Below, piece after piece: positions 43,101-57,330 of a stretch of 64,000 nucleotides of DNA. The DNA is from the human T2T-CHM13v2.0 reference genome, Homo sapiens. The first letter of the stretch is position 1; each line of letters begins with the position of its first letter. Under the pieces are notes generated by a model that was not told the DNA's origin, made no database searches, and saw only the letters and a program-made list of their open reading frames with translations. The stretch lies in the NCBI RefSeq assembly GCF_009914755.1, contig NC_060933.1; one strand, written 5' to 3'. A program made the translations under genes and the position numbers.

Positions 43101-45620
43101 GGAATGGAATCAACTCGATTGCAATCGAATGGAATGGAATGGATTTAACCCGAATAGAATGGAATGGAATGGAATGGAACGGAATGGAACGGAACGGAAT
43201 GGAATGGAATGGAATGGAATGGAATGGAATGGAACGGAAAGGAATGGAATGGAATGGAATGGAATGGAATGGAATCAACGCGAGTGCAGGGGAATGGAAT
43301 GGAATGGAATGCAATGGAATGGAATCTTCCGGAATGGAATGGAATGGAATGGAATGGAATGGAATGGAATGGAATGCAATGGAATAAACCCGAGTGCAAT
43401 GGAATGGAGTGGAATGGAATGGAATGGAATGGAACAGCCCGAATGGAATGGAATGTAATGGAGAGTAAGGGAGTTGAAAAGAATCAATCCGAATGTAATG
43501 GAATGGAATGGAACAGAATGGAATTGAATGGAATGGAATGGAATGCAATGGAATGGAATCAACCCGATTGCAATGGAATGGAGAGGAATGGAATGGAATG
43601 GAATGGAAACTACCCGAATGGAATGGAATGTAATGGAGTGTAAGGGATTTGAATAGAATCAATCCGAATGTAATGGAATGGAATGGAACGGAATGGAATG
43701 GAATGCAATGGAATGGAACGGAATGGAATGGAATGCTATGGAATGGAATCAACCCGAGTGCAATCGAATGGAATCGAATGGAATGGAATGCAATGGAATG
43801 GATTCAACTTGAATGGAATGGAAAGAATGGAATCAACACGATTGGAAGGGCATGGATTGGAATGCAATGGAATGGAATCAACCCGAGTACAGGGGAATGG
43901 AATGGAATGGAATGCAATGGAATGGAATCATCCGTAATGGAATGGAAAGGAACGGAATGGAATGGAATGGAATGGAATGGAATGGAATGGAATGGAATCA
44001 ACACGATTGCAATCGAATGGAATGGAATGGAATTAACCCGAATAGAATGGAATGGAATGGAATGGAACGGAACGGAATGGAATGGAATGGAATGGAACGG
44101 AACGGAACGGAACGGAACGGAATGGAATCAACGCGAGTGCAGGGGAATGGAATGGAATGGAATGCAATGGAATGGAATATTCCGAATGGAATGGAATGGA
44201 ATGGAATGGAATGGAACGGAACCGAACGGAATGGAATGGAATGGAATGGAATGGAATGGAATCAACGCGAGTGCAGGGGAATGGCATGCAACGGAATGCA
44301 ATGGAATGGAATCTTCCGGAATGGAATGGAATGGAATGGAATGGAATGAAATGCAATGGATTCAACTCGATTGCAATGGAATGGAATAGAATGGAATGGA
44401 ATGGAATGGAATGGGATTAACCCGAATAGAATGGAATGGAATGGAATGGAACGGAATGGAACGGAACGGAATGGAATGGAATGGAATGGAATGGAATGGA
44501 ATGGAATGGTATGGAATGGAATGGATTGGTACGGAATAGAATGGAATGGAACGAATTGTAATGGAATGGAATTGAATGGAATGGAATGGAATGGAATTGA
44601 ATCAATGCGAGTGCAGGGGAATGTAATGGAACGGAATGCAATGGAATGGAATCATCCGGAATGGAATGGAATGGAATGGAATGGAATGGAATCAACCCGA
44701 GTGCAATGGAATGGAGTGGAATGGAATGGAATGGAATGGAACAACCCGAATGGAATGGAATGTAATGGAGAGTAAGGGAGTTGAATAGAATCAATCCGAA
44801 TGTAATGGAAGGGAATGCAACGGAATGGAATGGAATGGAATGGAATGGAATGGAATGCAAAGGAATGGAATCAACCCGAGTGGAATGGCATGGAATGGAA
44901 TGCAATGGATTGGAATGGAATGGAATCAACTCGAGTGGAAAGGAATGGAATAGAATGGAAAGGAATGGAATGAAGTCAACTCGAGTGGAATGGAATGGAA
45001 TGGAATGGATTGGAATGGATTGCAATGGAATGAAATGGAATGGAATGGAATGGAATCAATCGTGGAAGGGAATGTAACGGAGTGGAAAGAAGGGAATGGA
45101 ATCAACCCGAGTGGAATGCAAGGCAATGGAATGGAATGGAAAGGAATGGCATGGAAACAACTCGATTGCAATGGAATGGAATGGAATGGAATGGAATGGA
45201 ATTAACCGGAATAGAATGGAATGGAATGGAATGGAACGGAATAGAATGGAATGGAAGGGAATGGAATCAACACGAGTGCAGGGGAATGGAATGGAATGGA
45301 ATGCAATGGAATGGAATCATCCGGAATGGAATGGAATGGAATGGAATCAACTCCATTGCAATGGAATGGAATGGAATGGAATGGAATAGAATGGAATGGA
45401 ATTAACCCGAATAGAATGGAATGCAATAGAATGGAATGCAATGGAACCGAATGGAGTGGAATGGAATGGAATGGAATCAACCCGAGTACAGAGGAATGGA
45501 ATGGAATGGAATGCAATGGAATGGAGTCATCCGTAATGGAATGGAAAGGAATGGAATGGAATGGAATGGAATGGAATGGAATGGAATCAACTCGATGGCA
45601 ATCGAATGGAATGGAATGGA
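34507..45620 (+). repeat. ~11.1 kb higher-order unit, copy 1 (overlaps the 8.5 kb unit)
   Basis: Peptides recur at offset 11094-11099 (35008/46102, 36419/47518, 37654/48753), then at 10740-10855 (40495/51349, 41795/52534, 43275/54064, 43649/54438). Confidence 0.9.
35145..35305 (+). repeat. Representative 9q12-type SatIII module (AATCAACCCGAGTGCAATCG ... CGAGTACAGGGGAATGGAATGGAA); similar copies near 1120, 6981, 7834, 19511, 26633, 43747, 46238, 54536
   Basis: Seen: the module and its recurrences. Recalled, not verified: its ends resemble oligos commonly used for pHuR98/9q12 SatIII assays, which suggests the chr9 HSat3 subfamily. Confidence 0.55.
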
Positions 45621-45640
45621 ATTAACCCGAATAGAATGGA
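44185..45640 (+). repeat. 1.4 kb block present four times (also ~27330-28780, ~35825-37275, ~46925-48375)
   Basis: Private marker CAATCGTGGAAGGGAATGTAACGG at 28198, 36695, 45057 and 47794. ORFs at offset 8362 (35994/44356, 36419/44781, 36889/45251). Confidence 0.9.
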
Positions 45641-48600
45641 AAGGAATGGAATGGAACGGAACGGAACGGAACGGAATGGAATGGAATGGAATGGAATGGA
45701 ATCAACCCGACTGCAGGGGAATGGAATGGAATGGAATGCAATGGAATGGAATCATCCGGAATGGAATGGAATGGAATGGAATGCAAAGCAATGGAATCAA
45801 CTCGAGTACAGGGGAATGGAATGGAATGGAATGCAATGCAATGGAATCTTCCGGAATGGAATGGAATGGAATGGAATGGAATGGAATCAACCCGAGTGCA
45901 ATGGAATGGAGTGGAATGGAATGGAACAACCCGAATGGAATGGAATGTAATGGAGAGTAAGGGAGTTGAATAGAGTCAATCCGAATGTAATGGAATGGAA
46001 TGGAACGGAATGGAATTGAATGGAATGGAATGGAATGCAATGGAATGGAATCAACCCGAGTGCAATGGAATGGAGAGGAATGCAATGGAATGGAATGGAA
46101 ACTACCCGAATGGAATGGAATGTAATGGAGTGTAAGGGAATTGAATAGAATCAATCCGAATGTAATGGAATGGAATGGAACGGAATGGAATGGAATGGAA
46201 TGGAATGGAATGGAATGGAATGGAATGCAATGGAATGGAATCAACCCGAGTGCAATCGAATGGAATCGAATGGAATGGAATACAATGGAATGGATTCAAC
46301 TTGAATGGAATGGAAAGAATGGAATCAACACGAGTGGAAGGGCATGGATTGGAATGCAATGGAATGGAATCAACCCGAGTACAGGGGAATGGAATGGAAT
46401 GGAATGTAATGGAATGGAATCATCCGTAATGGAATGGAAAGAAATGGAATGGAATGGAATGGAATGGAATGGAATCAACTCGATTGCAATCGAATGGAAT
46501 GGAATGGAATGGAATGGAATGGAATTAACCCGAATAGAATGGAAAGGAATGGAATGGAACGGAACGGAACGGAACGGAACGGAATGGAATGGAATGGAAT
46601 GGAATGGAATGGAATCAACCCGACTGCAGGGGAATGGAATGGAATGGAATGCAATGGAATGGATTCAACTTGAATGGAATGGAAAGAATGGAATCAACAC
46701 GAGTGGAATGGCATGGATTGGAATGGAATTGAATGGAATCAACCCGAGTACAGGGGAATGGAATGGAATGGAATGCAATGGAATGGAATCATCCGTAATG
46801 GAATGGAAAGGAATGGAAAGGAATGGAATGGAATGGAATGGAATGGAATCAACATGATTGCAATCGAATGGAATGGAATGGAATTAACCCGAATAGAATG
46901 GAATGGAATGGAATGGAACGGAACGGAATGGAATGGAATGGAATGGAATGGAATGGAACGGAACCGAACGGAATGGAATGGAATGGAATGGAATGGAATG
47001 GAATCAACGCGAGTGCAGGGGAATGGCATGCAACGGAATGCAATGGAATGGAATCTTCCGGAATGGAATGGAATGGAATGGAATGGAATGAAATGCAATG
47101 GATTCAACTCGATTGCAATGGAATGGAATAGAATGGAATGGAATGGAATGGAATGGGATTAACCCGAATAGAATGGAATGGAATGGAATGGAACGGAATG
47201 GAACGGAACGGAATGGAATGGAATGGAATGGAATGGAATGGAATGGTATGGAATGGAATGGAATGGTACGGAATAGAATGGAATGGAACGAATTGTAATG
47301 GAATGGAATTGAATGGAATGGAATGGAATGGAATTGAATCAATGCGAGTGCAGGGGAATGTAATGGAACGGAATGCAATGGAATGGAATCATCCGGAATG
47401 GAATGGAATGGAATGGAATGGAATGGAATCAACCCGAGTGCAATGGAATGGAGTGGAATGGAATGGAATGGAATGGAACAACCCGAATGGAATGGAATGT
47501 AATGGAGAGTAAGGGAGTTGAATAGAATCAATCCGAATGTAATGGAAGGGAATGCAACGGAATGGAATGGAATGGAATGGAATGGAATGGAATGCAAAGG
47601 AATGGAATCAACCCGAGTGGAATGGCATGGAATGGAATGCAATGGATTGGAATGGAATGGAATCAACTCGAGTGGAAAGGAATGGAATAGAATGGAAAGG
47701 AATGGAATGAAGTCAACTCGAGTGGAATGGAATGGAATGGAATGGATTGGAATGGATTGCAATGGAATGAAATGGAATGGAATGGAATGGAATCAATCGT
47801 GGAAGGGAATGTAACGGAGTGGAAAGAAGGGAATGGAATCAACCCGAGTGGAATGCAAGGCAATGGAATGGAATGGAAAGGAATGGCATGGAATCAACTC
47901 GAAAGCAATGGAATGGAATGGAATGGAATGGAATGGAATTAACCGGAATAGAATGGAATGGAATGGAATGGAACGGAATAGAATGGAATGGAAGGGAATG
48001 GAATCAACACGAGTGCAGGGGAATGGAATGGAATGGAATGCAATGGAATGGAATCATCCGGAATGGAATGGAATGGAATGGAATCAACTCCATTGCAATG
48101 GAATGGAATGGAATGGAATGGAATAGAATGGAATGGAATTAACCCGAATAGAATGGAATGCAATAGAATGGAATGCAATGGAACCGAATGGAGTGGAATG
48201 GAATGGAATGGAATCAACCCGAGTACAGAGGAATGGAATGGAATGGAATGCAATGGAATGGAGTCATCCGTAATGGAATGGAAAGGAATGGAATGGAATG
48301 GAATGGAATGGAATGGAATGGAATCAACTCGATGGCAATCGAATGGAATGGAATGGAATTAACCCGAATAGAATGGAATGGAATGGAATGGAACGGAACG
48401 GAATGTAAAGGAATGGAATGGAATGGAATGGAACGGAACGGAATGGAATGGAATGGAATGGAATGGAATGGAATGGAATCAACGGGAGTGCAGGGGAATG
48501 GAATGGAATGGAATGCAATGGAATGGAATCTTCCGTAATGGAATGGAATGGAATGGAATGAAAGGCAATGGATTCAACTCGATTGCAATAGAATGGAATA

Positions 48601-51600
48601 GAATGGAATGGAATGCAATGGAATGGAATGGAATTGAATGGAATGGAATGCCTTCAAACCGAATGGAATGGAAAGGAATGGAATCAACACGAGTGGAAAG
48701 GAATGGAATGGAAAGGAATGGAAAGGAATGGAATGGTACGGAATAGAACGGAATGGAACGAACTGGAATGGAATGCAATGGAATGGAATGGAATGGAATG
48801 GAATGGAAACAACTCGATTGTAATGGAATGGAATGGAATGGAATGGAATGGAATGGAATGGAATTAACCCGAATACAATGGAATGGAATGGAATGGAACG
48901 GAATGGAGTGGAATGGAATGGAATCAACCCGAGTGCAGGGGAATGGAATGGAATGGAATGCAATGGAATGGAATCATCCGGAATGGAATGGAATGGAATG
49001 GAATGCAAAGCAATGGAATCAACTCGATTGCAATGGAATGGAATGGAATGGAAAGGAATATATTGGAATCAACCCGAGTGGAATGGAATGGAAAGGACTG
49101 GAATGGACAGGAATGGAATGGAATGGAATGGAATGGAATGGAATTAACCCGAATAGAATGGAAAGGAATGGAATGGAACGGAACGGAACGGAACGGAATG
49201 GAATGGAATGGAATGGAATGGAATGGAATGGAATGGAATCAACCCGACTGCAGGGGAATGGAATGGAATGGAATGCAATGGAATGGATTCAACTTGAATG
49301 GAATGGAAAGAATGGAATCAACACGAGAGGAATGGCATGGATTGGAATGGAATGGAATGGAATCAACCCGAGTACAGGGGAATGGAATGGAATGGAATGC
49401 AATGGAATGGAATCATCCGTAATGGAATGGAAAGGAATGGAATGGAATGGAATGGAATGGAATGGAATGGAATGGAATCAACTCGATTGCAATCGAATGG
49501 AATGGAATGGAATTAACCCGAATGGAAAGGAATGGAATGGAATGGAATGGAAAGGAACGGAACGGAACGGAATGGAATGCAATGGAATGGAATGGAATGG
49601 AATGGAACGGAAAGGAATGGAATGGAATAGAATGGAATGGAATGGAATGGAATGGAATGGAATCAACGCGAGTGCAGGGGAATGGAATGGAATGGAATGC
49701 AATGGAATGGGATCTTCCGGAATGGAATGGAATGGAATGGAATGGAATGGAATGGAATGGAATAAACCAGACTGCAATGGAATGGAGTGGAGTGGAATGG
49801 AATGGAATGGAACAACCCGAATGTAATGGAATGTAATGGAGAGTAAGGGAGTTGAATAGAATCAATCCGAATGTAATGGAATGGAATGGAACGGAATGGA
49901 ATTGAATGGAATGGAATGGAATGCAATGGAATGGAATCAACCCGAGTGCAATGGAATGGAGAGGAATGGAATGGAATGGAACGGAAAGTACCCGAATGGA
50001 ATGGAATGTAATGGAGTGTAAGGGAATTGAATAGAATCAATCCGAATGCAATGGAATGGAATGGAACGGAATGGAATGGAATGGAATGGAATGGAATGGA
50101 ATGGAATGGAATGCAATGGAATGGAATCAACCCGAGTGCAATCGAATGGAATCGAATGGAATGGAATGCAATGGAATGGAATCAACTCGATTGCAATCGA
50201 ATGGAATGGAATGGAATTAACCCGAATAGAATGGAATGGAATGGAATGGAACGGAACGGAACGGAACGGAACGGAACGGAACGGAATGGAATGGAATGGA
50301 ATGGAATGGAATGGAATGGAATGGGACGGAAAGGAATGGAATGGAATGGAATGGAATGGAATGGAATGGAATGGAATCAACGCGAGTGCAGGGGAATGGA
50401 ATGGAATGGAATGCAATGGAATGGAATGTTCCGGAATGGAATGGAATGGAATGGAATGGAAAGGAATGGAATGGAATGGAATAAACCCGAGTGTAATGGA
50501 ATGGAGTGGAATGGAATGGAATGGAATGGAACAACCCGAATGGAATGGAATATAATGGAGAGTAAGGGAGTTGAATAGAGTCAATCCGAATGTAATGGAA
50601 TGGAATGGAACGGAATGGAATTGAATGGAATGGAATGGAATGCAATGGAATGGAATCAACCCGAGTGCAATGGAATGGAGAGGAATGGAATGGAATGGAA
50701 TGGAAACTACCCGAATGGAATGGAATGTAATGGAGTGTAAGGGAATTGAATAGAATCAATCCGAATGTAATGGAATGGAATGGAACGGAATGGAATGGAA
50801 TGGAATGGAATGGAATGGAATGGAATGGACTGCAATGGAATGGTATCAACCCGAGTGCAATCGAATGGAATCGAATGGAATGGAATGCAATGGAATGGAT
50901 TCAAATTGAATGGAATGGAAAGAATGGAGTCAACACGAGTGGAAGGGCATGCATTGGAATGCAATGGAATGGAATCAACTCGAATACAGGGGAATGGAAT
51001 GGAATGGAATGCAATGGAATGGAATCATCCGTAATGGAATGGAAAGGAATGGAATGGAATGGAATGGAATGGAATGGAATGGAATGGAATGGATTGGAAT
51101 GGAATGGAATCAACACGATTGCAATCGAATGGAATGGAATGGAATTAACCCGAATAGAATGGAATGGAATGGAATGGAACGGAACGGAATGGAATGGAAT
51201 GGAATGGAATGGAATGGAACGGAATGGAACGGAATGGAATGGAATGGAATGGCATGGAATGGAATGGAATGGTATGGAATGGAATGGAATGGTATGGAAT
51301 AGAATGGAATGGAACGAATTGTAATGGAATGGAATTGAATGGAATGGAATGGAATGGAATGGAATGGAATGCAAAGGAATGGAATCAACCCGAGTGGAAT
51401 GGCATGGAATGGAATGCAATGGATTGGAATGGAATGGAATCAACTCGATTGAAAAGGAATATAATGGAATGGAAAGGAATGGAATGAAGTCAACTCGAGT
51501 GGAATGGAATGGAATGGAATGGATTGGAATGGATTGCAATGGAATGAAATGGAATGGAATGGAATGGAATCAATCATGGAAGGGAATGTAATGGAGTGGA

Positions 51601-54600
51601 AAGAAGGGAATGGAATCAACCCGAGTGGAATGCAAGGCAATGGAATGGAATGGAAAGGAATGGAATGGAATCAACTCGATTGCAATGGAATGGAATGGAA
51701 CGGAATGGAATGGAATGGAAGGGAATGGAATCAACACGAGTGCAGGGGAATGGAATGGAATGGAATGCAATGGAATGGAATCAACTCCATTGCAATGGAA
51801 TGGAATGGAATGGAATAGAATGGAATGGAATTAACCAGAATAGATGGAATGCAATAGAATGGAATGCAACGGAACCGAATGGAGTGGAATGGAATGGAAT
51901 GGAATCAACCCGAGTACAGGGGAATGGAATGGAATGGAATGCAATGGAATGGAGTCATACGTAATGGAATGGAAAGGAATGGAATGGAATGGAATGGAAT
52001 GGAATGGAATGGAATCAACTCGATGGCAATCGAATGGAATGGAATGGAATTAACCCGAATAGAATGGAATGGAATGGAATGGAACGGAACGGAACGGAAT
52101 GGAATGGAATGGAATGGAATGGAATGGAATGGAACGGAACGGAATGGAATGGAATGGAATGGAATGGAATGGAATCAAAGCGAGTGCCGTGGAATGGAAT
52201 GGAATGGAATGCAATGGAATGGAATCTTCCGGAATGGAATGGAATGGAATGGAATGGAATGAAAGGCAATGGATTCAACTCGATTGCAATGAAATGGAAT
52301 AGAATAGAAGGGAATGGAGTGGAATGGAATGGAATTGAATGGAATGGAATGCCTTCAAACCGAATGGAATGGAATGGAATGGAATCCACACGAGTGGAAA
52401 GGAATGGAATGGAAAGGAATGGAATGGAATGGAATGGTACGGAATAGAACGGAATGGAACGAACTGCAATGGAATGGAATGGAATGGAATGGAATGGAAT
52501 GGAATGGAATCGTTCCGAGTGGAATAGGAGGGAATGTATTCGAGTGGAATGGAAAGGAATGGAATCAACCAGAGTGGAATGGAAGGGAATGGAATGGAAT
52601 GGAAACTAATAGAATGGAATCAACCCGAGTGGAATGGAATGGAAAGGACTGGAATGGAATGGAATGGAATGGAATGGAATCAACTCGATTGTAATGGAAT
52701 GGAATGGAATGGAATGGAATGGAATGGAATTAACCCGAATACAATGGAATGGAATGGAATGGAACGGAATGGAGTGGAATGGAATGGAATCAACCCGAAT
52801 AGAATGGAATGGAATGGAATGGAACGGAACGGAACGGAACGGAATGGAATGGAATGGAATGGTATGGAATGGAATGGAATGGAATGGAATGGAATGGAAT
52901 GGAATGGAATGGAATTAACCCGAATAGAATGGAATGGAATGGAATGGAACGGAATGGAACGGAACGGAACGGAATGGAATGGAATGGAATGGAATGGTAT
53001 GGAATGGAATGGAATGGTACGGAATAGAATGGAATGGAAAGAATTGGAATGGAATGGAATCGAATGGAATGGAATGGAATGGAATGGAATGGAATGGAAT
53101 GGAATCAACCCGAGTGCAGGGGAATGTAATGGAACGGAATGTAATGGAATGGAATCATCCGGAATGGAATGGAATGGAATGGAATGGAATGGAATGGAAT
53201 GGAACAAACCCGATTGTGATGGAATGGAATGCAATGGAATGGAATGGAATGGAATTAACCCGAATACAATGGAATGGAATGTAATGGAACGGAATGGAGT
53301 GGAATGGAATGGAATCAACCCGAGTGCAGGGGAATGCAATGGAATGGAATGAAATGGAATGGAATCATCCGGAATGGAATGGAATGGAATGGAATGCAAA
53401 GCAATGGAATCAACTCGATTGCAATGGAATGGAATGGAATGGAAAGGAATACATTGGAATCAACCCGAGTGGAATGGAATGGAAAGGACTGGAATGGAGT
53501 GGAATGGAATGGAATGGAAAGGAATGGAATCAACTCGATTGGAATGGAATGGAATGGAATGGAATGGAATGGAATTAACCCGAATAGAATGGAATGGAAT
53601 GGAACGGAACGGAACGGAACGGAACGGAATGGAATGGAATGGAATGGAATGGAATGGAATCAACCCGACTGCAGGGGAATGGAATGGAATGGAATGCAAT
53701 GGAATGGATTCAACTTGAATGGAATGGAAAGAATGGAATCAACACGAGTGGAATGGCATGGATTGGAATGGAATGGAATGGAATCAACCCGAGTACAGGG
53801 GAATGGAATGGAATGGAATGCAATGGAATGGAATCATCCGTAATGGAATGGAAAGGAATGGAATGGAATGGAATGGAATGGAATGGAATGGAATCAACTC
53901 GATTGCAATCGAATGGAATGGAATGGATTTAACCCGAATAGAATGGAATGGAATGGAATGCAACGGAATGGAACGGAACGGAATGGAATGGAATGGAATG
54001 GAATGGAATGGAATGGAACGGAAAGGAATGGAATGGAATGGAATGGAATGGAATGGAATGGAATCAACGCGAGTGCAGGGGAATGGAATGGAATGGAATG
54101 CAATGGAATGGAATCTTCCGCAATGGAATGGAATGGAATGGAATGGAATGGAATGGAATGGAATGCAATGGAATAAACCCGAGTGCAATGGAATGGAGTG
54201 GAATGGAATGGAATGGAATGGAACAGCCCGAATGGAATGGAATGTAATGGAGAGTAAGGGAGTTGAAAAGAATCAATCCGAATGTAATGGAATGGAATGG
54301 AACAGAATGGAATTGAATGGAATGGAATGGAATGCAATGGAATGGAATCAACCCGATTGCAATGGAATGGAGAGGAATGGAATGGAATGGAATGGAAACT
54401 ACCCGAATGGAATGGAATGTAATGGAGTGTAAGGGATTTGAATAGAATCAATCCGAATGTAATGGAATGGAATGGAACGGAATGGAATGGAATGCAATGG
54501 AATGGAACGGAATGGAATGGAATGCTATGGAATGGAATCAACCCGAGTGCAATCGAATGGAATCGAATGGAATGGAATGCAATGGAATGGATTCAACTTG

Positions 54601-54995
54601 AATGGAATGGAAAGAATGGAATCAACACGAGTGGAAGGGCATGGATTGGAATGCAATGGAATGGAATCAACCCGAGTACAGGGGAATGGAATGGAATGGA
54701 ATGCAATGGAATGGAATCATCCGTAATGGAATGGAAAGGAACGGAATGGAATGGAATGGAATGGAATGGAATGGAATGGAATGGAATCAACACGATTGCA
54801 ATCGAATGGAATGGAATGGAATTAACCCGAATAGAATGGAATGGAATGGAATGGAACGGAACGGAATGGAATGGAATGGAATGGAACGGAACGGAACGGA
54901 ACGGAACGGAATGGAATGGAATGGAATGGAATGGAATCAACGCGAGTGCAGGGGAATGGAATGGAATGGAAGGCAATGGAATGGAATATTCCGGA
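45621..54995 (+). repeat. ~11.1 kb higher-order unit, copy 2 (covers 34507-44184, with internal indels)
   Basis: Starts at TTAACCCGAATAGAATGGAAAGG as at 34508. Ends at the shared private variant GGAATATTCC (44174/54983). Confidence 0.9.
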
Positions 54996-55989
54996 ATGGA
55001 ATGGAATGGAATGGAATGGAATGAAATGCAGTGGATTCAACTCGATTGCAATGGAATGGAATGGAATGGAATGGAATGGAATTAACCTGAATAGAATGGA
55101 ATGGAATGGAACGGAATGGAACGGAATGGAATGGAATGGAATGGAATGGAATGGAATGGTATGGAATGGAATGGAATGGTACGGAATAGAATGGAATGGA
55201 ACGAATTGTAATGGAATGGAATTGAATGGAATGGAATGGAATGGAATGGAATCAACGCGAGTGCAGGGGAATGTAATGGAACGGAATGCAATGGAATGGA
55301 ATCATCCGGAATGGAATGGAATGGAAAGGAATGGAATGGAATGGAATCAACCCGAGTGCAATGGAATGGAGTGGAATGGAATGGAATGGAATGGAACAAC
55401 CCGAATGGAATGGAATGTAATGGACACTAAGGGAGTTGAATAGAATCAATCCGAATGTAATGGAATGGAATGCAACGGAATGGAATGGAATGGAATGGAA
55501 TGGAATGGAATGGAATGGAATGCAAAGGAATGGAATCAACCCGAGTGGAATGGCATGGAATGGAATGCAACGGAATGGAATGGAATGGAATCAACTCGAG
55601 TGGAAAGGAATGGAATGGAATGGAAAGGAATGGAATGAAGTCAACTCGAGTGGAATGGAATGGAATGGAATGCATTGGAATGGATTGCAATGGAATGAAA
55701 TGGAATGGAATGGAATGGAATCAATCATTCCGAGTGGAATGGAAGGGAATGTAATAGAGTGGAAAGAAGGGAATGGAATCAACCCGAGTGGAATGCAAGG
55801 CAATGGAATGGAATGGAAAGGAATGGAATGGAATCAACTCGATTGCAATGGAATGGAATGGAATGGAATGGAATTAACCGGAATAGAATGGAATGGAATG
55901 GAAGGGAATGGAATCAACACAAGTGCAGGGGAATGGAATGGAATGGAATGCAATGGAATGGAATCATCCGGAATGGAATGGAATGGAAT

Positions 55990-57330
55990 GGAATGCAAAG
56001 CAATGGAATCAACTCAATTGCAATGGAATGGAATGGAATGGAAAGGAATAGAATTGAATCAACCCGAGTGTAATGGAATGGAAAGGACTGGAATGGAGTG
56101 GAATGGAATGGAATGGAATGGAATGGAATCAACTCGATTGGAATGGAATCTAATGGAATGGAATGGAATGGAATTAACCCGAATAGAATGGAATGGAATG
56201 GAATGGAACGGAATGGAATGGAATGGAATGGAATGGAATGGAATCAACCCGACTGCAGGGGAATGGAATGGAATGGAATGGAATTAGAATGGAATCATCC
56301 GGAACGGAATGGAATGGAATGGAATGGAATCAACTCGATTGCAATGGAATGGAATGGAATGGAATCGAATCGAATGGAATGGAATGGAATTAAACGGAAT
56401 AGAATGGAATGGAATGGAATGGAACGGAATGGAATGGAATGGAATGGAATGGAATGGAATGGAATCAACCCGAGTGCAGGGGAATGGAATGGAATGGAAT
56501 GCAATGGAATGGAATCATCCGGAATGGAATGGAATGGAATGGAATGCAATCAACCTGATGCAATGGAATGGAGTGGAATGGAATGGAATGGAATGGAAAC
56601 ATCCCGAATGGAATGGAATGGAATGGAGTGTAAGGGAATTGAATAGAATCAATCCGAATGTAATGGAATGGAATGGAATGAAATGGAATGGAATGGAATG
56701 GAATGGAATCAACCCGAGTGCAATGGAATGGATTCGAATGGAATGGAATGGAATGGAATGGATTCAACAAGAATGGAATGGAAAGGAATGGAATCAACCC
56801 GAGTGTAATGGCATGGAATGGAAGGGAATGGAATGGGATGGAATGGAATGGTACGGAATAGAATGGAATGGAATGAAATGGAATGGAATGGAGTGGCATG
56901 GAATGGAATGGAATGGAATGGAATGGAATCATCCGGAATGGAATGGAATGGAATGGAATGGAATGGAATGGAATGGAATCAACTCGATTTCAATGGAATG
57001 GAATGGAATAGAATGGAATGGAATTAACACGAATAGAATGGAATGGAATGGAATTGAATGGAACAGAAAGGAATGGAATGGAATGGAATGGAATCAACCC
57101 AAGTGCAGGGGAATGGAATGGAATGGAATTCAATGGAATGGAATCATCCGGAATGGAATGGAATGGAATGGAATGGAATGGAATGGAATGGAATGGAATC
57201 AACCCGAGTGCAATGGAATGGAGAGGAATGGAATGGAATGGAATGGAAACTACACGAATCGAATGGAATGTAATGGAGTGTAAGGGAATTGAATAGAATG
57301 AATCCGAATGGAATGGAATGGAATGGAATC
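55990..57330 (+). repeat. Older, diverged duplication; partner at ~62215-63900
   Basis: Shared rare variants TTAAACGGAAT (56390/62613), CAACCTGATGC (56551/62824), CAACCCAAGTGC (57095/63652), AAACTACACG and GAATAGAATGAATCCG. The offset changes from ~6270 to ~6560. Confidence 0.8.
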
